Positions 59,301-64,000 of a stretch of 64,000 bases of DNA are shown in pieces. The notes under the pieces were generated by a model. That model searched no databases, had not been told where the DNA came from, and saw nothing but the letters and a program-made list of their open reading frames with translations. The stretch's first letter is position 1, and the number at the start of each line of letters is the position of its first letter. The stretch lies in IMG/VR virus record IMGVR_UViG_3300021197_001482. One strand, written 5' to 3'. Source of the stretch: an uncultured virus (IMG/VR IMGVR_UViG_3300021197_001482) (lineage: Duplodnaviria; Heunggongvirae; Uroviricota; Caudoviricetes). The translations under genes were made by a program, and so were the position numbers.

Positions 59301-62300
59301 GGTACACTGTGGTCTACGCTGTCTCTTGCACCACGGAACAACACGATAGGTTCGCTATCAACACTACCATAAGAACGATAACCGCATATTGCATCACGCT
59401 CAAAACCGGGTAAGTTTGATTGAGCAAAACGAATAAGAACAAAGTCATCACCTACATCGCCATTAAACGCTGTTCGCCATAATCCATTACCATGTCCATC
59501 AGTATATGTTAAAGAAGTATGCGATACACTACTCTTAATTGATTTAACTTCACCTCTTGCTATACCATCAGCAGTAGCATATGAAAAAATAATCTCTTCA
59601 CCAAATGAGCCTTCTTTAGCAAGACTGTTAATTGAATCTGCTTCTTGTCCGGCGGGAATTATAGCATGTGCTATTTTATTGGTTTTTGAAACAAACTCAT
59701 TTTCTATATTACCGCCAGTTGAGTCATAGTTATTAAACAATAATATTGGATTGTTTAACGATGGTAGAATATGGTCGCCACTAATGGATGTGTAATTCTC
59801 ACCTTTGAGATTTCTTCGCCAAGAATTAACCGATACAGGAGTATTGGATGAATCTACCAGTACTGGGGTGGCTGTGTTTGCATTAAAACCTCGACCTTTA
59901 CTGCGTATTTGTAAGACAGTGTATGGTAAATAACCTACATCCATTCGACGGTGTGCATCGAGTTCAGCATCGCTATACGGTTTGTTAATAGGGTCAGTAG
60001 CAACAAGAGTCCAACCTGCTGTTGTTTCATGTAAAGTTGTATATTCACCATATTCAAGGTGGGCGGCTTGAATACCCCAGTCTTTATGCAATGTAGCCTC
60101 AAACATTTGAGAAAGCGGTAATGTGTTTCTTGATGGAGTATGCGCTCGTATTTTGATAGCGTCGGGGGCTACACCCCATTGCCCGTATGTTCTACCATCG
60201 GCGGCATACATTCCTCGGCAATCAAAGTTGAGTAAACGGTTTGGGTCTTCATGGTTAATCGCCGCCGCAGTAACAGCCGCCATCAATTCATCAGTAACAA
60301 GTGTAGTCCAGTTAATTCGGGGTGAAAGTAATACACGCAATTGTACACTGTCAGTTGGATTTGCTTTATGAGTATCGGTTACTGTCCCACTGTTTACAAA
60401 GTGAGAAGAAATGAATGTATCACCAGCCACTCCATAGAAAATATGCGTTCCGTCGTTATCGTTTTGTGTACGGTGTGTGTAAGAAACGCTATGCCCGACA
60501 ATACCTTTCCTTGTAGTGCCAGTAAAAGTATCATTGATTTGAAGAAGACCGTTTGTTTTCGGAAATCCGAGATAACCGAGGACATCGGGGTGATTACCCA
60601 TTACCCCATCACCAACAGTGCCGGTATCAAATGGCTCATGTAACACTACTGTTAATGTCGTTCCCGACCAAGTAACACTTGCGTCTATACCAACAGAAGG
60701 TGCGGGTACACCATTCCAGCGATTACCACGGTATGACGCTTCTGTAAGGTCGCCTGTTGTATCAATGCGACCGGTAACATCACCAAAACCAAGCATGTGA
60801 TTACCAATGGTAAATCCTCCTTGCCCTACATCTCGGTCATCAAAATATACACATATTTCATTGTCAAGAGTAGGTGGTAATATAGTATTATCATTACTAA
60901 AATTAGTTCCCATATCTCGATAAATGTAGCGTACACCGTAATTATTACCACGGTGGTCTTCAAACTGGAATCCGTATAGTTGTCCATCACCTATATTTTC
61001 AACTTGGGAATCTGTAACATGGTCCGAATAGTCTGTTATTGATGTAGATGCTGTATTACCCGTAGTAATAGCATTGGAGTATCGAGTATCAAAATCAGTA
61101 TTACCCCTTTCACCAAGACCCCATACACCCGCATCGGGGGCAAAACCGGGAATACCAGCGGCTACCATACCACCAAAGTTGATTCTACCTACGGCTTGAC
61201 TACCAGTTCGTAGCCCCTCAACAAGTGTTTTTGATGGACTTTGCGACTCAAAAGACTCATCATTGATTGTATTAGCATTCATTCCGCTACCATTAAACGC
61301 TGAAATACTTCTTTTTGTATTTCTGCCTTGTGTGGTACTGGACAAATCATTTTGCCTTACATCAAAGTCACCGTTACTTACAAAATTATCATCAGTGTCT
61401 TCTTGCGTAACATACTCCCGAAGCGTAGTAATCGGTGCAAATGGTCTACCATGTTTGTTGATAGGCATAGGGGCGGGGTGCATATTCTCACCACTGGTTT
61501 CGTCGGGTTGACACCAAAAGTTTCGGAATCGCCCACCGTGACCGATGAGGAATTGTGGTTTGTATTGAGATTGACCCTTACTGTTATCCAACCATGTACA
61601 GAAGTTACGACCACTTGCGCCCGGTATGGTAGAGTGTATAACGATAGAATGACCTGTGTTACCGTCAAGGTCTTCTACAACTCGACCCAAATGCGCTCGC
61701 ATGTAACCCATGTGGCTACCACGGTCTTGAGAATCAAAGGCTTCATCAGCAAACCACCAAGGTGCAGGGTCGTGTATAGAGCCAGTATCAGCGTTCATAG
61801 CACCGGTAGTAAGAGCGTTCTTTGCACCACCTTGATTGATTAAACGAACAATCTCTCGTGCGGCGGCTTCAATATCTGTAACACCTTCTTTGATACCTAC
61901 TTCACCAAAGTCAATAGTAAGACGGCGTACAAAGTCCATTTTACTCCAATGGTCGAGGTGTTGCAAACGACTTTCTTCATGATTAGAAAGCAATAGACTT
62001 TGAGAGCGAATACCCTTCAAGCACAAGAATGCGGAGATGGCTCGTGTGCCATCCGGTGTGTCCATCATAGTACTGGCATCACGAAGAGTAAATGTATCGG
62101 GGTTGTTTACAAGGCGAGACTTTTTCAAAGCACCGGCAAGTGTCTGTGTAGCACCAAGAGATTTTCTTGACAATGCATGTAAGCGGTCAGCCCAGTAGGG
62201 TGATGCAACGGCTGGTTGAACACGAGGTAAGGTACTGTCTGCAATGGTGAAAGAACTACTTGTTCCTTCATTCATAAAACCGGTATGAACATAATGACCG

Positions 62301-64000
62301 TGACCCTTACCCATAAAGTACGAATTATTTGTTGTAATGAATGTTAATGTTTGATTTGAATTAGTTGCTGTGGTGTCTTTATCGAGATACAACAAACCTG
62401 CATTGCTATCTATTTCAATGATTTTAGAACCACTTGCTATGCCCGTTCCGCTTACAGTCATACCCACTGAAAACTTACTCATTCTTGTACCAATTGTACC
62501 ATTTAATCGTATAATCCTTACATTACCACCAAACACATGAGTATCAGTTCCAGTAGCGGCATGGTCGGTATCACATGCTTCGGTAAACGAGTTTCCTATC
62601 AGTGCTAATTTTGTTTTCCCTTGACCGGGTATAGCATAAGAGTCATGATTTAAGAAATTACTAATTGGGTTTTCACCACCAGCATTTGTACCCATCACAT
62701 CCTCGGAAGTGTTACCGGATATGTTATGCACATACGCACTTTCAATAAACTTAGATTGCTGTGTTCTACGCATGTATGGATTTTCACTGGGGAATCCATT
62801 TGCTACATCTATTTGAGTGGTAAAGTAATGTGGTGCGCCACCATTTTGTTGCACCAAGTACCGGTCAATATCTACAATACCATCAGCAGTTACAACATGC
62901 CGACCAAAACCAATGTGAGGTGTAGCGGCACTTGATTGAACTTGCATATGCAAATCATGGAATGCAATAAACTCACGGTCGTGTGCTACATCGAACATCA
63001 AAACTCGTGCGTGGCCTTTGGTAGCGAGATAAGGGTCGAGATAAGCAACAGTCGGTGCTTGAGATGATGATAGTCCCATTGATTCGTAATTTAATTCAAT
63101 GGTTTTGTTTACATGTTGAACAAAATTGTTGGCGGTTTCAAGACATGAATCTCCAATTAAGAAGTTTTCAAGTGGTATAGAATCACGAGGTCGAGTCGCT
63201 AAAGCACCTTTTCCGCCATTAAAACCTGTCCAAACTTGACCTTCGCTTAACACACCACGAGATTTAGCAAACAACCCTTCAACAGCATGAGGGTTATTCA
63301 TTGTCATGTTCATCCATATGGTATCACCGTTTCGTAGCCCGCCTTGAGCATAAGGGTATAACCATGTACGGTTAAGGATAGCATCGGGGTCGTTTTCAGT
63401 AACAGTTCCAAAACTTACTCGCAACGGGTCGCCGGATGCAATAGTAGTTGCATTAGTACCATCAAGTGTGATTACTGTGTTTGTAGCGTGTCCACTACCA
63501 GCATACGGTGATTCAATAAATGCAACTTTTCCTACATACTTAACAAAATTATTATCGCTCACATCCTCTATAAAGAGTTCATCACCCGGTCGAAGGTTGA
63601 TACCTACAGTATTGGCCTGTGGTATAAGAGTAGCAGTTGCAGGTGCTATCGAAAGAGTAGTTGCACCTACCGCACCTGCCGCTGTAAATGTCCACTGCTC
63701 ACCACCTACCGATGGTTTGAAAGTTGTCGCACTAAACTCATTGATGTAAGCATTAGCAGGGTCAGTAAGTGAATACAAAGCACGACAGGCTTTCTTCAAT
63801 CGTATTGTTTTACCTTTAAAATTAGTTGTAGAAAAACTTGAAGGTGCGGCGCAAACAAATTGATTTGCCGTTTCACTTGTACTTGTAATGTTTCCGAGAA
63901 ACATCATTTCGATAGGCGTGTCAGTGAGAACTTCGGCAACAAATATCATATCACCATTCCCGAATGCAGGATTATTGGAATCAGTCTCATAACCGCCGAT
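50393..64000 (-). CDS. Giant (>4535 aa) virion structural/tail protein, 5'-truncated by the window
   Basis: Frame stays open upstream of 63949 to base 64000 (IGGYETDSNNPAFGNGD-MIF...); Gly/Thr/Ser-rich, beta-rich composition; next to tail genes. Confidence 0.85.
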   Translation of the reverse strand: MGGYETDSNNPAFGNGDMIFVAEVLTDTPIEMMFLGNITSTSETANQFVCAAPSSFSTTNFKGKTIRLKKACRALYSLTDPANAYINEFSATTFKPSVGGEQWTFTAAGAVGATTLSIAPATATLIPQANTVGINLRPGDELFIEDVSDNNFVKYVGKVAFIESPYAGSGHATNTVITLDGTNATTIASGDPLRVSFGTVTENDPDAILNRTWLYPYAQGGLRNGDTIWMNMTMNNPHAVEGLFAKSRGVLSEGQVWTGFNGGKGALATRPRDSIPLENFLIGDSCLETANNFVQHVNKTIELNYESMGLSSSQAPTVAYLDPYLATKGHARVLMFDVAHDREFIAFHDLHMQVQSSAATPHIGFGRHVVTADGIVDIDRYLVQQNGGAPHYFTTQIDVANGFPSENPYMRRTQQSKFIESAYVHNISGNTSEDVMGTNAGGENPISNFLNHDSYAIPGQGKTKLALIGNSFTEACDTDHAATGTDTHVFGGNVRIIRLNGTIGTRMSKFSVGMTVSGTGIASGSKIIEIDSNAGLLYLDKDTTATNSNQTLTFITTNNSYFMGKGHGHYVHTGFMNEGTSSSFTIADSTLPRVQPAVASPYWADRLHALSRKSLGATQTLAGALKKSRLVNNPDTFTLRDASTMMDTPDGTRAISAFLCLKGIRSQSLLLSNHEESRLQHLDHWSKMDFVRRLTIDFGEVGIKEGVTDIEAAAREIVRLINQGGAKNALTTGAMNADTGSIHDPAPWWFADEAFDSQDRGSHMGYMRAHLGRVVEDLDGNTGHSIVIHSTIPGASGRNFCTWLDNSKGQSQYKPQFLIGHGGRFRNFWCQPDETSGENMHPAPMPINKHGRPFAPITTLREYVTQEDTDDNFVSNGDFDVRQNDLSSTTQGRNTKRSISAFNGSGMNANTINDESFESQSPSKTLVEGLRTGSQAVGRINFGGMVAAGIPGFAPDAGVWGLGERGNTDFDTRYSNAITTGNTASTSITDYSDHVTDSQVENIGDGQLYGFQFEDHRGNNYGVRYIYRDMGTNFSNDNTILPPTLDNEICVYFDDRDVGQGGFTIGNHMLGFGDVTGRIDTTGDLTEASYRGNRWNGVPAPSVGIDASVTWSGTTLTVVLHEPFDTGTVGDGVMGNHPDVLGYLGFPKTNGLLQINDTFTGTTRKGIVGHSVSYTHRTQNDNDGTHIFYGVAGDTFISSHFVNSGTVTDTHKANPTDSVQLRVLLSPRINWTTLVTDELMAAVTAAAINHEDPNRLLNFDCRGMYAADGRTYGQWGVAPDAIKIRAHTPSRNTLPLSQMFEATLHKDWGIQAAHLEYGEYTTLHETTAGWTLVATDPINKPYSDAELDAHRRMDVGYLPYTVLQIRSKGRGFNANTATPVLVDSSNTPVSVNSWRRNLKGENYTSISGDHILPSLNNPILLFNNYDSTGGNIENEFVSKTNKIAHAIIPAGQEADSINSLAKEGSFGEEIIFSYATADGIARGEVKSIKSSVSHTSLTYTDGHGNGLWRTAFNGDVGDDFVLIRFAQSNLPGFERDAICGYRSYGSVDSEPIVLFRGARDSVDHSVPLYFGGGFTGVTLDINDGTQNDYSPFYTHPYSGGPTGTAGIQNANEISGSFAMVDCNALLAFFPGTALLNQHRGSINSPVSNKDSILSPDLRGGNLDADFALLNAAAAGDVRARYAAGIVRQQPVPLVLRFAHPTARYHDSQPIVDATCDYNNDPTITMDSTTQLVVGMTVTGTGIPDGATVSSITNATTFELSVATTGGSVSNGTLTFNYIENKTTYLVYGPGQAFPFTEDDNSNAAVEPHPGYVVTAGNTWSKVPHSKFLPNEITNSDNLYGPPDTAYQTARQRYHWRTTLNWSPPQGIPNVGYLQQRPEHGSHYGEVFTNPTAGKLTSDNAADYYKAHPYKHSAVAYYGIAMSADMTFHMDGGYHPGGSWLDNQISFNAPNPNGNYRYALESWNQVNATAFRVSGVMAKTILEGANSETALNFDSDYIIVDGTRCQNGEELATIIGQAINENPGKGALKAMGGTFLPSMGNAMRQDRYGWIETNFVSYNNLADDLLGKVFSGEAFGDTTGDVDNSEVHIVATITGATQAELEQIPACGWIRTDTGGRDYTETDVAEADRYIKSSFGCYHSREIWNDSGTYKIKFYLAPNRISGLPLLEDITTWHNKCQSATMTFPTPGYDPGGGGLVHPSPSKIYVWSKAGVHRFNNKNETSRNHMTQVHFGGLVDAIDRTRPVGAVGWAGERYSYLNSLKVGTEGYGAGKGAWHPKMGFTPYGSSASCMNTLGHLPSSYPMYNSPEASPRVNGQEASNVSYDVALTTPYTWNIGLVGGDTWYDNYDFTDVESTKDIMSAKPPHILEATDSNTSYTLDKKLHHQQGVFSRAMLVISNESELALVAKTDRDGITATGDWLSVVSKTRAGVAAATAITFAGTTRWDERFHDAERYIAPANAGPNVEALIATGTATPTADVPNAAYVLHTALTGDQDTNLYNAEPCFAVTGDLFFDTDISPGTMLLEDVTNVTRNITKELELSSTDAEIDNYDYTNDDYWLGDTNGYKLSQRTPAQNFSVEHVVWKRMDGGNLSLPAPNARGLGAVPFVTRVAGGNAYTTGEKLYGNNRFTFESTNSAMFPIIQAQELSHPQMASRHPDLLRNILEIPNEEIQFESITVVDDTGQEHTVEGGSPFGTIIRAFTQLSNRSAQGLAPAISGSGVEPNMKIRLPNPDSIPGNLLIRSGFDRLQAYQTETMGTGGMMTKSTVEHMFDNSLVSPNLGPTYSDHNWEHLKQGTDNPESTMSGWQSSTGNAPLETAYELHDRTLFFHVTKMGNTNTHKHPVIYSHSGGVVNHELTGVSFVGTTLTVNTSVNSAVYDSTFGNKERVGERRFLRLYNPTTDEGGVASFTGISGSTFTGCVGDEVFNKLVLSSITALKVVPSYYIPAGSTRFYGSRRIRDHAEVSGNSPDMAHTHYVNYSVTAEEAMTGYSIYKKPQLTPAPIPRMGHHFVNATMAMLPGHWAHPAYQGLYDKHRACRAATLQSDEFTILDERFDMDDLITSAPTTFPTYDPLLVFGSLTATPSGPSDIHGGGFSLMFETKLRNDGYGVLASEGDAGVTNSKGGHTIVLEAAGTYTLKEHFPDPAEVGAYQIIIQPNMHSSQFIGYHANGPANDIPNGGVSELTSQQVALVVGIREPDSRYGAYALVLANATMADVRGCEIFVNELMIDHDPDYGSQFTNIPPLMLYNPLGVQSTESPAFVRRSLPYYPSMFVDATPGFTTNIPWWSIVHKVGPDNADADRFNHLSWHRLDNYYEFLRASSGSIASQITLAGYPSFYPDLYSEILENISLTPVCTVVSIASTVITVDDARGFPKQPYYGMVLEYTDATGTRRTHTYTERSGYDSSLMNKPKQFTIVANSTFTSNLTVGTKLRLSRAYDFRPANAILSDSETSIITQTLPQTLAGSRDTNSLHMADAFLCLWHPNLGRPHTFYSDASRTWLNPLTDRAINQKPLNSMPEHFETVHYHDATYYASMGPFALRMKTAMPPTEAQSTYYTATSASVSSTTVTATGAIMAGWPTSGTNTVYVNSGSEEEIFTYTGGGAGGTTLTGCVNVKGTPLTTMASGNHSLRYYKTADLAADGSHTRQVVSHTGNTITTNGGEIISDESYIFVDGRMYQVNGTVTEGDTTIVVFDTLPPQIAVGSIIYTGADGTPQTAQTIDTTIGTGLMQGGQSDSSDTATKSMLNHFWPSGSRGGPLVSRLDGYAYVSSTWDYPRDYGFDGPIWSDADDDGSYAVSSGISKSSYDGISNPTRPRPFGYRFGLRQPYNKPQWSMYGLRALRETAVTATNASIGYTHGPLVQTETQTSTYAGGDGSSTSTFPNTYTGIMERQTNFSGMLGVDKPEWQVRYSDGVRYTRPFGCPIRTLRNSATVLRDWWGDGNGKGLDSIEDAAKYYIVDWWGNTRGEDVRRFPVRSFGIRPSWDAGDAYEYDRRNNRTPYQRIHNNGNHLVNLKGLTNAADTALSISATLPRFGGRLNNTNNNDTNTLVDVFMPSNAQRVGDMGNGRGIRYPTQFNEDVLTALSEPIHTTGLVLSHHTAEPILNDGFIRARNDVLQNTEVPRGISSRLEIAEDGLLKPEAVVSDRMENIVGDSPHKDAVSRSSPRIGLDTENLQGVDTNQIVVNTEAHSLHTDRNVGQRVVLQGGMQTGSQTIGNYDLTALDFGGQPQGGAVRMSHTSNFNPLGGTYLAETRNFLSPIDDSNWGGFTAICVTANGSSNITMESTAKLVVGMKVVGTGIPDDVAISEVTNATTIAIETNATADSPDDGVTLSFTAPVGFSSNPYSTVTFSPAGKRTNVIDKSITYMMRPVRLMDKQHIEMFRSNLNLHASAPQNGSNYFGATAGGKYGLYVYNVENHRATDGETTYMRSGPNTNPPYAPAYSMLIVNSDTRPISKGPKIIGTSDSGFDSSKIDNEVTRVIISENTLQHYRSDASRRRTSVENDETVVRKDYSVQPRFSQALHPKGHKGDVSYNSTDHSGDGA

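Larger units (their letters stand above)
1..64000. mobile_element. Genome fragment of a tailed archaeal dsDNA virus, magrovirus-like (putative Poseidoniales host)
   Basis: Archaeal-type replication genes, thermosome, tail-fibre-like and giant virion genes, dense short ORFs with overlapping ATGA junctions, GGTGA Shine-Dalgarno motifs; no cellular housekeeping operons. Confidence 0.85.

Noticed and set aside
44232..64000. Diversity-generating retroelement acting on tail genes
   Set aside because: No reverse transcriptase and no template/variable repeat pair differing at adenines was seen.
1..64000. tRNA or rRNA genes
   Set aside because: No cloverleaf with a T-loop consensus or rRNA-like segment was recognised by eye in the few intergenic spaces; a tRNAscan-SE run would be needed to exclude them formally.

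Overview
This window is best read as about 64 kb of a tailed dsDNA archaeal virus genome resembling the magroviruses that infect Marine Group II/Poseidoniales. The basis is an archaeal-type replication module (RFC, divergent PCNA, PolB, fused PriS-PriL primase, MCM-like ATPase, XPF nuclease, Cas4-like nuclease), a group II chaperonin, GGTGA Shine-Dalgarno motifs and TATA-type promoters. There are two 100-N scaffold gaps (3705-3804, 15117-15216). Layout: (i) 1-3700 holds mostly minus-strand accessory genes, including an HMG-CoA lyase; (ii) about 3800-5800 is a GC-rich, repeat- and hairpin-rich strand-switch region around one orphan gene; (iii) 5800-28800 holds plus-strand early/accessory genes, preceded by most of the 11 near-identical promoter copies and joined by repeated RBS/stop-start junctions; (iv) 28900-44200 is the replication module plus thermosome; (v) 44200-64000 holds minus-strand tail/virion genes, including a >4500-aa protein that runs off the window. 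Main candidate novelty: at least 5 (possibly 7) otherwise unrelated proteins share an N-terminal [P/A]-F-[D/E/Q]-x-A-W-x-[L/F]-L-K leader fused to different cargoes. The cargoes include a probable GNAT acetyltransferase, a probable ADP-ribosyltransferase and, with a degenerate leader, a HipA-like kinase, which suggests a virion-packaged, injected effector system. A second candidate is an operon pairing a PEP-utiliser-type dikinase that has an unknown acceptor domain with a protein-tyrosine-phosphatase-family enzyme. All family assignments come from motif recognition by eye, with no database searches.
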